A DNA stretch of 63,751 nt, filler included, from Lama guanicoe (GCA_013239625.1; 146 parts of 146 records of this genome joined end to end with filler, not necessarily neighbours in it), one strand, 5' to 3'; counted from the whole stretch's first letter, positions 11,687 to 25,664 are shown. The notes: generated by a model from the letters alone, not told the origin. Program-made: numbers and translations.

Positions 11687-14600
11687 NNNNNNNNNNNNNN
11701 NNNNNNNNNNNNNNNNNNNNNNNNNNNNNNTTAATTAATTAANNNNNNNNNNNNNNNNNNNNNNNNNNNNNNNNNNNNNNNNNNNNGTTCACCTTCTCGA
11801 TGGTGGTGGTGTCAGTACTGAACGACTCTGCACTGTATGTCAGAGTCCTTGCTAAGTACTTCACATACGTTATCTCTGACGTCTGTTTAAACACAATCCA
11901 GCAGACCCCAACCGTCAGTGTTGATCTAAGTTATGTTTACTTAACTATTATATAAACATGTTAAAAATAGACTCCAGTTTTTTAAATGACAAGTCATGAC
12001 CTATCAGTGGGTTTCCAAATCAACTTAATGATCTGAGGTCAGACACTTTTTTAAAAGTGTTATAGAATAAATTACATTACAATAGGGCAAGGCAGAGGAA
12101 AGAGAAATTACCAGAAAGTAGTGNNNNNNNNNNNNNNNNNNNNNNNNNNNNNNNNNNNNNNNNNNNNTTAATTAATTAANNNNNNNNNNNNNNNNNNNNN
12201 NNNNNNNNNNNNNNNNNNNNNNNCTGGCATTTCAGAGGCTTCTGTCACACACTGGGAATGAATAGTGTATGTTTTTCCCTAAATCTTTTTCTTGTCACTA
12301 TTTTTCAGATGCTTTGGTTTTCAACAGTATTTCCTCCCTGCTGACTTTTTTTTTAAATCAGGAAATAATTATCTGACAGTTAATATTGATAATTCTCATC
12401 AAAAAATGGCCTCTTTTTTGCAGATAGCTGTCGCCTGTAGTCTGTCTTGTCACAGAACCTAGTTAGTTGTAAGTACACCTGCGGCTGTATAACGCCTCTT
12501 CTTCTATTAAAGAATAATATTATGGCTTTGCAAGTGTAGATGCTGCCATAAAGATTTTTTNNNNNNNNNNNNNNNNNNNNNNNNNNNNNNNNNNNNNNNN
12601 NNNNTTAATTAATTAANNNNNNNNNNNNNNNNNNNNNNNNNNNNNNNNNNNNNNNNNNNNACTCACCCAGTTATTGGGTATATCAATCACATTATAATTA
12701 TACATATTTCTTCCTGCTAGCATATAAACTCCATGAGGACAGAAATAGTCTATCTCATTTCTTTATGTTACTTCACGTAAATAAACTTTTATTGACTGTT
12801 TATTTGTTCCTTTGAATAGGAATCATTTATCTCTATTTTCAGTGCTTAGTACATTAGCTATTACATGGTAGACATTCAACTCAGGTTTGTCAAAAGACTG
12901 CTTAGAAAAAAAGAATTTCACTGTAAATTTAACATTCAGAGTCACTCTTTAAAATAGCAGTAACCAGGGCTACAAATCTCCACATGTAAAGATAATANNN
13001 NNNNNNNNNNNNNNNNNNNNNNNNNNNNNNNNNNNNNNNNNTTAATTAATTAANNNNNNNNNNNNNNNNNNNNNNNNNNNNNNNNNNNNNNNNNNNNCTT
13101 AGAGTTCATTCATTCATCGAAATCAGTGTCCATTAGTAATGAGGCAAAAATAAAGGCCAGTTTATCAAACTTTCATTGAAAAATCTTAGCCACACTTCGC
13201 TTTCGACTCTATTATTTCACAATTACTAATACCCATTAGACATACATATCTGTCTCTCTTCTTTGGGACAACTGAAGCATCAAAGTCTTATGCACACTGT
13301 GTTCTTTGTCCAGTGACCTTGAATAACATTAAAAGCCGAGATTAGTACAAATATTTTTAAAATCTGTCTAATCAATAGATCATGATACTGCCTTTGCCTT
13401 TGAGCCTTATTTAAGGGTCTAGATTGCTGGGGCTNNNNNNNNNNNNNNNNNNNNNNNNNNNNNNNNNNNNNNNNNNNNTTAATTAATTAANNNNNNNNNN
13501 NNNNNNNNNNNNNNNNNNNNNNNNNNNNNNNNNNAAAAAAAAATGATCTATATAAAAAAATGTATCCTCTTGGTCTTCCTTCCCTCATCTCTTCTTTCCT
13601 TTCTTACATCTTCCTTTCCTCCTTCCCTGCTCACATGTGTTCAAAATAAATGCTCAGCGGTTTCCAAAAACACAAGTTAAAATTTCTTGCTCTGCAATTT
13701 TGCCTTTGGGGACTAAAATAAACTGCATGCAATTTTAAATGGTATGAATATGTTAAGGAGTACAGAACGGAAGATATTACTTTGGGGGTGAAAGTTACTG
13801 CTATGTAACTCTAGCTTACCATCTAAAAATGAGAGAAATATCATTGTTTCTTCTATTTTTAGAGTAATACTNNNNNNNNNNNNNNNNNNNNNNNNNNNNN
13901 NNNNNNNNNNNNNNNTTAATTAATTAANNNNNNNNNNNNNNNNNNNNNNNNNNNNNNNNNNNNNNNNNNNNGGTGGCTCATGTTTTCTCTCAGAGATATG
14001 CTTTTTGACCAGAAATGTTATTTTTAATATTTTCAAAGTTATTAATCTTTTCCTTTATGTTTGCGCTTTATGTGTTTTGTTTAAGAAATTCTTTCCTACT
14101 CAGAATTGATAAAGGCATTCTCTTTTTTAATCTGAAAGTTTTTTTATGAATTCTTATTTGGAAGTAATTTCAAAGTTACAAAATACTGCAAAAATAAAAA
14201 TAGTACAAAGAAGATTTATATACCCTTTACCCAGATAGTGTTAGCATTTTATCGAATGTGTTTATCATTTGGTGTGTATAATATATATAACATATAGTAT
14301 ATAGTATANNNNNNNNNNNNNNNNNNNNNNNNNNNNNNNNNNNNNNNNNNNNTTAATTAATTAANNNNNNNNNNNNNNNNNNNNNNNNNNNNNNNNNNNN
14401 NNNNNNNNACAGACATTTTCATATAATATTTGTGGGAGTATAAGTTGCTACAGTCTTTCTGGAGGGCATTTAAACAGTTTTATCAAAATTATAAATATGC
14501 ATTTTCTTTGACCCAGAAATTCCATTTCTAGGATTTTCTCGAATGAGTAAACAAAGATGTATGTATAAGGGTGTCCCTCCCAATATTTTTATAGTAAGAA

Positions 14601-15719
14601 ACTACCTAAGTAGAGAATGATTAAGGAAATCATAATGTATCCATACAAAGGCATACTATGTAACCACTACAAATGATGCTGGGAAAGACATACAGAAAAA
14701 TGTTAAAAGGTTTCTCTGGATGGCAAAATTTTAAGATTTTTTTTTNNNNNNNNNNNNNNNNNNNNNNNNNNNNNNNNNNNNNNNNNNNNTTAATTAATTA
14801 ANNNNNNNNNNNNNNNNNNNNNNNNNNNNNNNNNNNNNNNNNNNNTGTCACCGATGTCCCCTAGGGGAGGTCTAGAGGGAGCAGATGCACAGATGTCACC
14901 CTGACCCATAAGGCATGGTGATGAGGCAGTGAGTGATGGGGTGACGGCTGAAAATGAACTCCCGCTGCCCCTGTGACCTCAGTCCTGTATCTCTTCCCTG
15001 AAGAGTCTGAGGGCTGTAAGAGGAGATGGTGACAAACTCTCCTCCTAGACCCAGAAGTCTCATCCCCCCACAGCTATCCCCATCCCTGGGACAGGTCTCC
15101 CTTCCTCTGTGAAATCCCTGCTTGACTTCTTCCGAGGAGCTGAGCTGTCCCTCCTCCTCCAGCAGAGAGTCCACTGGGAAGTNNNNNNNNNNNNNNNNNN
15201 NNNNNNNNNNNNNNNNNNNNNNNNNNTTAATTAATTAANNNNNNNNNNNNNNNNNNNNNNNNNNNNNNNNNNNNNNNNNNNNTTTTGAAACCACATTCTT
15301 CATACTTTGATCCACTTCTAACAGCAAGGTAGTTTTTAATGAAACATGTTAACTTTTCCTGGCCACCAAAAGACCGCTGAGTTCACAAGACACGTTACGT
15401 GGTAGATCAGCAATACAGAAAGCATCAAATAAATATATTTCCAAGAACGTAAGTCATTTAGCCTTTATAATAGTCTCTGGAGCATTTGGAGAAGTCACAT
15501 GTGTCTGGGAATTATCAAATACTAGCAGGAACTAAATCGATGTATTTAAAATACCCAAACAAAAAGTGAGAGTCCATAATTTAAGTGCTGAGGAAGTTAA
15601 AAATCTAAATATTAAAGATNNNNNNNNNNNNNNNNNNNNNNNNNNNNNNNNNNNNNNNNNNNNTTAATTAATTAANNNNNNNNNNNNNNNNNNNNNNNNN
15701 NNNNNNNNNNNNNNNNNNN

Positions 15720-16020
15720 AAATGGCAAAATTAAGGAAATGGAGAAGACATTAGAGGTTTCCAGGGATTAAGAGGTGGTGAAGTGGGAGGGAGGTCTATG
15801 TGGCTGTAAAAGGGTAACATAAAGGGTCCTTGAGGTGATGGAGATGTTCTGTATCTGGATTGTATTAATGTTAATATCCTGGTTGAGATATTGCAGTATA
15901 GTTTAGAGAGACGTTACCACTGGGGGAACTGGGGAAAAGGTTATAGACTCTATTTAACTTCTTATAGCTGCATGTGACTCTACATTTATCTCAAAGTAAA
16001 ATATTAATTTTAAAAAGTCA
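15720..16020 (+). mobile_element. L1MC-type 3' end
   Basis: gtgatggagatgttctgtatctggattgtat...gttaccactgggggaactggg...gcatgtgactctaca. Confidence 0.7.
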
Positions 16021-16204
16021 AAAGATGGAGGCAAAATCAGGGAAACAAGTATGTCANNNNNNNNNNNNNNNNNNNNNNNNNNNNNNNNNNNNNNNNNNNN
16101 TTAATTAATTAANNNNNNNNNNNNNNNNNNNNNNNNNNNNNNNNNNNNNNNNNNNNTTCTCTTTATAAGCAACGTTGGTATTTTCACGTGTTTGAGGGCC
16201 TGTG

Positions 16205-16493
16205 GTGGGTGAGCGCAGGGGAGAAACACTTTTCCTGCACCCGCCAGGCTCTCTGCCTGGGGCCCTGAAGGTTCAACTCACAAAAGACAGATGAATAAGA
16301 GAAAAAGTTTCTTAACATGTTCAGCAGGCATACATGCAGGAGAGATTCAGTGATGAGTAACGCAGGGAGGTGGGTGGAATCTGGGGACACAGGTGCCATC
16401 TTAGGCTAAACAAAGCAAAGGGGGCTTGCGGTTCCTCGTGGAGGTGGGTTACGGAACGTGACCAGGAAATGTATGGTAAACGGGGGTCTAGTG
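16205..16493 (-). mobile_element. ERV1 LTR fragment, antisense
   Basis: actcacaaaagacagatgaataagagaaaa resembles the 3' end of MER-type LTRs in reverse. Confidence 0.45.
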
Positions 16494-17035
16494 NNNNNNN
16501 NNNNNNNNNNNNNNNNNNNNNNNNNNNNNNNNNNNNNTTAATTAATTAANNNNNNNNNNNNNNNNNNNNNNNNNNNNNNNNNNNNNNNNNNNNCAGAAGC
16601 ACACATACTCTATGACTCCATTTTGTTGTTTTTGAAGTTTTAGAATAGATAGGACTAAGCTATGATGATTTATATCAGATATTGTTTGTTTTTCCCGGAA
16701 TGGACTGACTGATGATGGGCATGAGGGAAATTTTCAAGAGACCAAAATCATGCATATTTTGATCAAGGTGGTGGTGACATGAGTGCAAGCATTTGTGAAA
16801 ACTCATAGAAATGCATGTTTTAAAACCATGCATTCCATTGTACGTGAATTATATCTCAATACTTTTTATTTCTTAAAAAAAGCAAATGGATCCCCACTGT
16901 TTGTAAAGAATATTTATTTAGAATCTTGGTNNNNNNNNNNNNNNNNNNNNNNNNNNNNNNNNNNNNNNNNNNNNTTAATTAATTAANNNNNNNNNNNNNN
17001 NNNNNNNNNNNNNNNNNNNNNNNNNNNNNNTCCAG

Positions 17036-17143
17036 AATATTTATAAGCATGACTGGGAGAAGACCAAAGCTAAGAAGTTCGACATTAAAGTGGACGCCAT
17101 TCCCCTGCTGGCAGCCAAAGCCAACACAAAGAACACTAGTGAT
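17036..17143 (+). CDS. NEB: Nebulin repeat exon (108 nt, phase 0)
   Basis: ccag|[36 protein letters not shown]|gtgagt. Confidence 0.95.
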
Positions 17144-17228
17144 GTGAGTGTGGCATGGGCACCTGGGCAGGGGGACCTGAGCGATGCTTCCTGATGAGTG
17201 GGATCTGGCACGTGTGATGTCTTTGCAG

Positions 17229-17342
17229 GTGATGTACAAGAAAGGCTATGAGAAAAGCAAAGGGAGGATGATTGGAGCCCTCAGCATTAATGATGATCCC
17301 AAGATGCTGCACTCTTTGAAGACGGCCAAAAACCAGAGTGAT
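17229..17342 (+). CDS. NEB: Next nebulin repeat exon (114 nt, phase 0) after an 85-nt intron
   Basis: tttgcag|[38 protein letters not shown]|gtgagt; splicing recreates the SDxxYK nebulin motif. Confidence 0.95.
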
Positions 17343-19782
17343 GTGAGTGCTTTTGTGACTCTGTCTTNNNNNNNNNNNNNNNNNNNNNNNNNNNNNNNNN
17401 NNNNNNNNNNNTTAATTAATTAANNNNNNNNNNNNNNNNNNNNNNNNNNNNNNNNNNNNNNNNNNNNGTAGAAAAGCATTCTATCTTCAACGGTGGGGGG
17501 TACAGGGCTGAGAGGGAGAAAGGGGACATCTACTAGATATAAAAATATAAATCTCTGTATTTTCATATCTTTGAATAAAATAAGAAGCACATACAGTCAT
17601 TCTTAGTTATACAACACTGCTTTGACAGCCACCTGTTTGGAGACCATTACTTGTATTTAACATAATGGAAACTATACGGACAACATCAATTCATGCACAG
17701 AAAATGGGAAAAAATGAATAGGAGATGTGAAAATGTGTTGCCTGTACCATGAAGGCTTTGATATTATGGTAATACTTTGGGGGGTTTGTTTTGGTTTTTT
17801 TTTTNNNNNNNNNNNNNNNNNNNNNNNNNNNNNNNNNNNNNNNNNNNNTTAATTAATTAANNNNNNNNNNNNNNNNNNNNNNNNNNNNNNNNNNNNNNNN
17901 NNNNTATCAATGAAATACATTAAATCATATTAGAAATTATTAATAAGTGATCAAATAACAGCCACTGTTTAGTGACCATAACAAAATGGTCACTATATCT
18001 CTCATCAATTTTATAATTCAGTCAGTTTGCTAGGCATTACAATACTATATCCTATTTTTTCCTTACACAAGCTTCAAATTTGAAACTACTATACCCAACG
18101 GAAAATAGGGAAATAGTTTCAAAGTATGTAAACAACTTGACCTATTAATATGGAAGCATGGCTTATATCCCATTTTCTCCAACTCCGCAGCCTCCAATGC
18201 AGCAGAGCAAAAGTAACACAATCAGATTAAAGTTTCATGTTNNNNNNNNNNNNNNNNNNNNNNNNNNNNNNNNNNNNNNNNNNNNTTAATTAATTAANNN
18301 NNNNNNNNNNNNNNNNNNNNNNNNNNNNNNNNNNNNNNNNNTATTAAATTGGCAAGTATGAGGCAGCCTTCGGTGTGGCTGAGCGTGTACAGTCACCACT
18401 CCTGGATGAGCCATGTGTTTCGAAACAAGGTGTATGAAGAGGGTTCCTGGCTTCAGGAATTTGGCTCACTGCTACCCACGTGAGCCGTGTCCATCATTGC
18501 ACCTGTTTCTTTTGGAGCCAGACTGACACATTATCACCATTACTCTTCGAGAGCACTGGAATTGCCCTCATCTATGAAATCTCCCATTTCCCTTTCTTTC
18601 TCTGCCACAAAATAGAATCTCCAGGAGCCTGTGGGGGCGGGATGGGGGATGTTTGAGAACTACATTCTGAGTCCCTGCNNNNNNNNNNNNNNNNNNNNNN
18701 NNNNNNNNNNNNNNNNNNNNNNTTAATTAATTAANNNNNNNNNNNNNNNNNNNNNNNNNNNNNNNNNNNNNNNNNNNNCCATCACCTTATTTCTTCTGGA
18801 AACTTCTGTAAAGTTTTCAGCATGCAAAAGCATTTGAGCAGGACTAAATGTCATATCCTGCAAATGTCGGAGAAGGCAGCTTCCAGTAGAAAAGGTCCCC
18901 ATCGTCTCTTTCCTGAATTTACCTTTGACTTGATGTCCCTGTGTTGGTTTTGGTCAGTTGGTGTCTGTTTGTTCTTTGTTCCATTTCATGATGCATGTGT
19001 GTTTTACTGAATGATGGACACTCTGTTTCTGAGTGATATTTCCATCAGCCAGTCTCTGAACATAGCCCTTAATCAAGATGTTTAGTGTGAATTAGATAGG
19101 ATTTTCCTATGCCTCNNNNNNNNNNNNNNNNNNNNNNNNNNNNNNNNNNNNNNNNNNNNTTAATTAATTAANNNNNNNNNNNNNNNNNNNNNNNNNNNNN
19201 NNNNNNNNNNNNNNNTGCTCTGCTCTCCCCAAGACTCAGTGTCCTCTTCTGTGTGCCCTCGGAGAAGCCTTGCTTCTCCCATCAGAACAGGCACAGAGTG
19301 CTGTCATTTCCCACTAGCTTACCTGCCTTGCCCATCATCCTGCGAGTTTTCTGAGGGAAGGAATCCATTTCTTTCTTATTCACTACTGTCTGCGTAGTGC
19401 CTAGTCCAGTATCAGATGGCACACAGCTGGCGTTCAGTAAAGATCTGTTGAATGAACGCAGACATGAAACAAATGGTCTTCAGAATAATACTTCCCGGCC
19501 TTTGACTTTCCCCTCGATGTGGCTGCAGTGGTATCTTAGCTTTATTCCCATTNNNNNNNNNNNNNNNNNNNNNNNNNNNNNNNNNNNNNNNNNNNNTTAA
19601 TTAATTAANNNNNNNNNNNNNNNNNNNNNNNNNNNNNNNNNNNNNNNNNNNNTTTTTTTTTTCAATTAGCATCTTGCCTTTCATTCCTTGCCTCTTTCTT
19701 CCCACGGGAAATTACTGCTTGGCACTAGTTTTTCTATGTGATATTACCTTTCTTTTAATTCTGAAATTTCTCCACTTTTCAG

Positions 19783-19965
19783 TGGTCAAATGTAAACCTC
19801 CAGTACTCGAACATGGAAAAGCAATATCAGAAATTAGAGAAGTTTTTACCTACAAAGACGTGGTGATACTTGAATGCCTCCAGGGTTTTTACCTTAATGG
19901 CAGCCATGCAGTCTTCTGTGGTGGTGAAAATACTTGGGAACCTGAGATGCCGAAGTGTATTAAAG
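19783..19965 (+). CDS. CCP/sushi-domain exon, CD46 (membrane cofactor protein)-like SCR4
   Basis: ttttcag|183-nt phase 1-1 exon VKCKPPVLEHG...ECLQGFYLNGS...CGGENTWEPEMPKCIK|gtacaa with four Cys and the conserved Trp. Confidence 0.85.
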
Positions 19966-21400
19966 GTACAACTGTTTGTCTTTTTTTTTNNNNNNNNNNN
20001 NNNNNNNNNNNNNNNNNNNNNNNNNNNNNNNNNTTAATTAATTAANNNNNNNNNNNNNNNNNNNNNNNNNNNNNNNNNNNNNNNNNNNNTTTTTTTTTCC
20101 TTTTTACACTGATGTCTACAGTTCCCTGAAGGAAGTTACTTCTACTGGCTTCACTCATTCCTGTTTCTTTAGTGGCTCACTCTGATTCGAGAAGGGAAGA
20201 GTTATGACTTCCTGTTCCAGGAAAAGAATGAAGAGAAGACAACACAGACCATCAGGAGGCTACTCAGAGCACTGGCCTCAAGTCTGGAAGCTTCTGATCT
20301 GTAATGAGAAGCCCTGTGGCAAGGGGCGTCCTTCTCATCCTGCTGCTTTGGCTCGCCTTGTGAGTCAGGAGCACATGACTGCCTGAAAAGTATAGGTCAA
20401 GCAACTTCATGAAATTGCTCTAATGTNNNNNNNNNNNNNNNNNNNNNNNNNNNNNNNNNNNNNNNNNNNNTTAATTAATTAANNNNNNNNNNNNNNNNNN
20501 NNNNNNNNNNNNNNNNNNNNNNNNNNAGTGAGAAGGAAGCTCCCTTCGTAGAATCTCTTGCAACTTTTGGCTTATTTGTTACTGTTATAAACTACACTTT
20601 TCTAAACAATACACGGAGTGAACGTCTTGTCCGCATGACGTCGTATACATGAATCCGTTAGCGACAGCTATCCTTAATTTGTCAAGAGTGTAGTTGGGTT
20701 AAACTTCAATCTGAGGAGGAAGCATGTGACCCGGGTTTCTGCAGGGCTCACTCACTGCCTTCTCAGCGGCATCTGTGACTTTCTCCTTGTGTCACCGTTG
20801 TCAGTGACATATTTTAATTCCCCTGGGATGGAGATTCCTTGAGGATAGGAAGCAGGTCTGCCTNNNNNNNNNNNNNNNNNNNNNNNNNNNNNNNNNNNNN
20901 NNNNNNNTTAATTAATTAANNNNNNNNNNNNNNNNNNNNNNNNNNNNNNNNNNNNNNNNNNNNTTCTGTATGTAAAAATAGATGCAAACAAAGGTACATT
21001 AGAATAATGGGACATCGATATACAAACACCAAAGAATTCCAGCCTCTAGAACCATGAAGAGATAAGGACTAAAGATAATTTTAGAAAGTTAGCACTGATT
21101 TCTCAGAATGGAAGGGAAACCCAAGGCTGCTATTGGACACATCTGGGGAGAGATTTCAAGTGAACAGGTTTTTCCAGGAAAATCTTAGAGAAAGATTAGC
21201 TGCTGAGGACAGGGTTGTCAAGGAACTAGTTTTGGAGGAAACATGACAATATCATAGCAGAGTTTCCTTTGTGGCCCCACATGCATTATGCAATTTCAAA
21301 NNNNNNNNNNNNNNNNNNNNNNNNNNNNNNNNNNNNNNNNNNNNTTAATTAATTAANNNNNNNNNNNNNNNNNNNNNNNNNNNNNNNNNNNNNNNNNNNN

Positions 21401-21737
21401 TTTAAATTTTGAAAAAAAGAAAAAACACTCACCTAAAGTTGCATATCCAGCAAAATTATCCTTCAAGAGTGAAGAAGGAATGAAACTTCCTTAGACAAAA
21501 ACAAAGGAAATTCATCACCAGAAACTTATGCTGAAGAAAATATTAAAATAATTCAGGCAAAAGAAAAATAACATATATCATAAACTTAGATCTATGTAAA
21601 AGAAAAAAAGAGCACCAGAGAAGGAATAAATTAAGACTAGTTAAAATGTCTTAATTTTATTCTTAATTGATCAAAACATAATTCTTTTGAAAGTAATAGA
21701 GTAACAATGTATTAGATGGTCATTGCCTATGGTTAAA
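21401..21737 (+). mobile_element. Old L1 ORF1 end / inter-ORF fragment
   Basis: tatccagcaaaattatccttcaagagtgaag gives YPAKLSFKSE, an ORF1 motif. Confidence 0.7.
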
Positions 21738-24539
21738 NNNNNNNNNNNNNNNNNNNNNNNNNNNNNNNNNNNNNNNNNNNNTTAATTAATTAANNNNNNN
21801 NNNNNNNNNNNNNNNNNNNNNNNNNNNNNNNNNNNNNTTAATAATGATTCCAACTCATTTCTTCACGTGCTCTATTTCTCATTTAATTTTTGGAAGATGA
21901 ACCTGGCAGAAGAACTTGCTTTTCTCTCTTCCTTTAAGTTGTGACAAGTCTTTCAAACCTGCCTTAATGAAATTCTTCAAAAGCAGCCTTTGCCTGCTGG
22001 TGCCAGGCCCTGGAGAGCTGGAGGCAAGTGTGGAGCCAACCTGTTAGAGAGGTGAGTGTGAGCTGGGAGGCCCAGAACTCACACTTCCTGAGTTGGGCAG
22101 GTTGCCTAGACACTCCATGGCTCCCCTTTTTTCCCCTAGAAGCAAAATTGTGGAGCTGAACAAGATCCTCTCTGNNNNNNNNNNNNNNNNNNNNNNNNNN
22201 NNNNNNNNNNNNNNNNNNTTAATTAATTAANNNNNNNNNNNNNNNNNNNNNNNNNNNNNNNNNNNNNNNNNNNNCCCCCATCAACTCACAGGACAGTAAG
22301 ATTCTCTAACGCCTCACCGTCAACTTTTCAAATTAACCAATTTTTCAAATCTTGCCAATCAGATGTGCAGAAATTAAAAATACTAAATTATGAGCAATTT
22401 TTCATGTTTGTAAGATATTCATATTTCTTTTCTGGTTTCTCTGTGTTCTGATTTTTGGTTATTTTTCTATTGGCTTTTTTTGCTCTGTTTATAGTGATCC
22501 CTTCTGTCATATATATAATGAAAATGGAAATAAAAGTTTTGATTTAATCCAATTTATCTTTTTTTTTACCTTTGGCTTCTGGTTTTAGGAAGGTTTTCCT
22601 TGTTCCAAGATNNNNNNNNNNNNNNNNNNNNNNNNNNNNNNNNNNNNNNNNNNNNTTAATTAATTAANNNNNNNNNNNNNNNNNNNNNNNNNNNNNNNNN
22701 NNNNNNNNNNNCTCAGAAGCTCTCAAGCTGAATAAATAAACCAAATTTTGTGTATTGGTAATGGAGGGAGGACATCCTGGCAGGGAGGGATGGCTGGAAC
22801 CCTAAGCTCATTGTCTTGTCCCTTTACGTCCATGTACCACTGAGGATCTTGCTCTGCTTATCACTGCTGTCATCACACTGATAATTTAAGACTTTAACCC
22901 TAGTGTACATATAGCGCCAGTGTCCCAGCAAGGGCAGACTGTGTGGGATTACCTAAGCGAGACACAGGAGTGCATTTCTCCATGTGTGTTCAGTGTGAAC
23001 GGGCAGCATTGCTGCTGTCAGATGTTCAGTTGAGGGGACGGAGGGTTCNNNNNNNNNNNNNNNNNNNNNNNNNNNNNNNNNNNNNNNNNNNNTTAATTAA
23101 TTAANNNNNNNNNNNNNNNNNNNNNNNNNNNNNNNNNNNNNNNNNNNNTTATTAACCTTTTGATATTTCGCTAGTCAGAAAATTGACATTTAAACTATTC
23201 CTAAAGTCACATTACAGCTTGCTGCTGCGTTTGGAAATGCTGTTATTTCCCACTTCTGTCTTCCCTTGGTTGTACCCAACGGGTCCTTTGGAAATGTTTT
23301 TTGCTTGTGATACTTTGGGGAACCTCTGGCAGGTTGCCAGCCTTTTGGTGGCTAGTATTAAGGTGTTGAGTAACAGGAAGATCTCTCTTAGCGCTGGTGC
23401 CTCTACCCCTTGTGGAGCCTTTATCTTAAGCTGATGGGAGTGTTTAAGCAATGCTTGGTTCGCCTATCCTGTTTCTTAAAACTTANNNNNNNNNNNNNNN
23501 NNNNNNNNNNNNNNNNNNNNNNNNNNNNNTTAATTAATTAANNNNNNNNNNNNNNNNNNNNNNNNNNNNNNNNNNNNNNNNNNNNCAGGGCACGGAAGGA
23601 CCCCCAGAGGTTCCTGGGAGGCCCAGCTGCTAGTTCTGGCCCTGGGAGCCTGGCTGGCTGGAGGAGGGCTGACTGAGGGTGGACCAGGGCCACACCTGTG
23701 GGCAAACAAGGGGGACTGGGGAACGAGCCAAAGCCAGACCGGCTGTGGCTCAGGGAGGAGATGACCCCAGGGGCTCCCTGCAGGTGCTGCTCACAGGCAA
23801 GGCAGACCCTACTGGAACTCCCAGTCTTGTTTTCTGAACCAGTGTGTGTGTCCCAGTCTTTGTGAAGAGAAGGCTCGGGCAGCACCCGGGAACGGCTCCT
23901 CCTGCCAGCCTCGACCCACGGCNNNNNNNNNNNNNNNNNNNNNNNNNNNNNNNNNNNNNNNNNNNNTTAATTAATTAANNNNNNNNNNNNNNNNNNNNNN
24001 NNNNNNNNNNNNNNNNNNNNNNATAGATATGTAAACTTGGAGGTAGGGAAGATCTGAAGATAGTCACAAAATGGAGTGACCACGGAAAACTATTAAGCCT
24101 TATCAAGTGTTAGACGGACCTGTATGTGTTAATATGGAAAGATATAGATTATTAAGCAAAGAAAGTAAGGCATAGGAAAATATGTATTGAGTATACATAC
24201 ACACCCAAAATATGTGTGTATATAAATCACATAGAGGATCCAAAGAAACTATATTACAAATATCTGACAGGATGACCCCTTATAATAACATGCCACTTTT
24301 GGAGCAGAGAACAGGCTTAAGGGTAAGATGAAGGTATGAGTGAAAATGGACTTTTTTTTNNNNNNNNNNNNNNNNNNNNNNNNNNNNNNNNNNNNNNNNN
24401 NNNTTAATTAATTAANNNNNNNNNNNNNNNNNNNNNNNNNNNNNNNNNNNNNNNNNNNNCCGTTGCTCTGCTTCCTTTTGCTCTACCTTTCTACTACATG
24501 GAGTATATTTATAATAACTTCTTAATAGCTTTGTTGAAT

Positions 24540-24796
24540 AGATGTATCATTTACCCACTTCGAGTGCATAAACCAATGTCTTTTAGTATAGTAACAGAGT
24601 TGGGTACCCATTCACACAATAAACTTTATTTTCATCATCTTTCAGGGAAACTCTGTACCCATTAGCAGTCACTCGCCATTCTTTCTTCATCCTCTCCGGC
24701 CCAGGCAACCACTAGTCTATTTTCTGTCTCTATAGATTTGATTATTCAAGACTCCTCATGTAAATGGAAGCAGATCTTTTGTGACTGCTTTTTTTC
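24540..24796 (-). mobile_element. L1MB-type 3' end, antisense
   Basis: ctgtacccattagcagtcactc...ggcaaccactagtctattttctgtctctatagatttg. Confidence 0.75.
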
Positions 24797-25333
24797 NNNN
24801 NNNNNNNNNNNNNNNNNNNNNNNNNNNNNNNNNNNNNNNNTTAATTAATTAANNNNNNNNNNNNNNNNNNNNNNNNNNNNNNNNNNNNNNNNNNNNCTTA
24901 GCAAATCTTCAATTACTTTCAGAGAGATCTTGAACTAAAGTGGACATACTGGGAAGCTGTTCTGTAATACAGAGAAATTTCTTAATGAAGATTTTGCAAG
25001 AATGTAAAGATGTTCTGGGTGAAAGTTCAAAATATGTGCATTTATTACCTTTTTTATTAAGTCAGTGCATACTTAATACTACTGTATTCTGCAAGTTCTC
25101 CTTTTGTGGACCTTTTTACATTTAATTATTTTCCTCTTCAATTCATCTGCAGGTCTGTTACCAAAATCTTATCTTCTGAATTTTCTTAAGTTCATTCCAC
25201 TCCATCCTCACTTCCAACCCTGTTACATTGGTCNNNNNNNNNNNNNNNNNNNNNNNNNNNNNNNNNNNNNNNNNNNNTTAATTAATTAANNNNNNNNNNN
25301 NNNNNNNNNNNNNNNNNNNNNNNNNNNNNNNNN

Positions 25334-25664
25334 GAATGTAGTATATAGAATGTAGAACACAGAATATAGAATATAGAATGCATAATTCAGAAGACAGAAC
25401 TTAGAACATGCAATTCAGAAGAGAGAATTTAGAATATACAGTACAGAATACAGAATTTACAACGTTGAATACAGAATGTAGAACACAGAATATTTAATAT
25501 AGAATACAGAATACAGAATATAGGATGAAGAATTCAGAAAGCAGAATACAGAATTTAGAACATTGAATGCAGAACTCAGTTTGGAATACAGAATACAGAA
25601 AAAAGAATATCAAATGCAGAATATAGAATGTAGTACACAGAATATAGAATATAGAATACAGAAT
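25334..25664. repeat. Degenerate 7-bp tandem repeat (ACAGAAT/ATAGAAT)n
   Basis: AGAA core recurs every 7 bp across the whole contig. Confidence 0.92.

Noticed and set aside
22140..22174. Possible exon start SKIVELNKILS after a strong acceptor
   Set aside because: Only 35 nt before the contig end; cannot be identified
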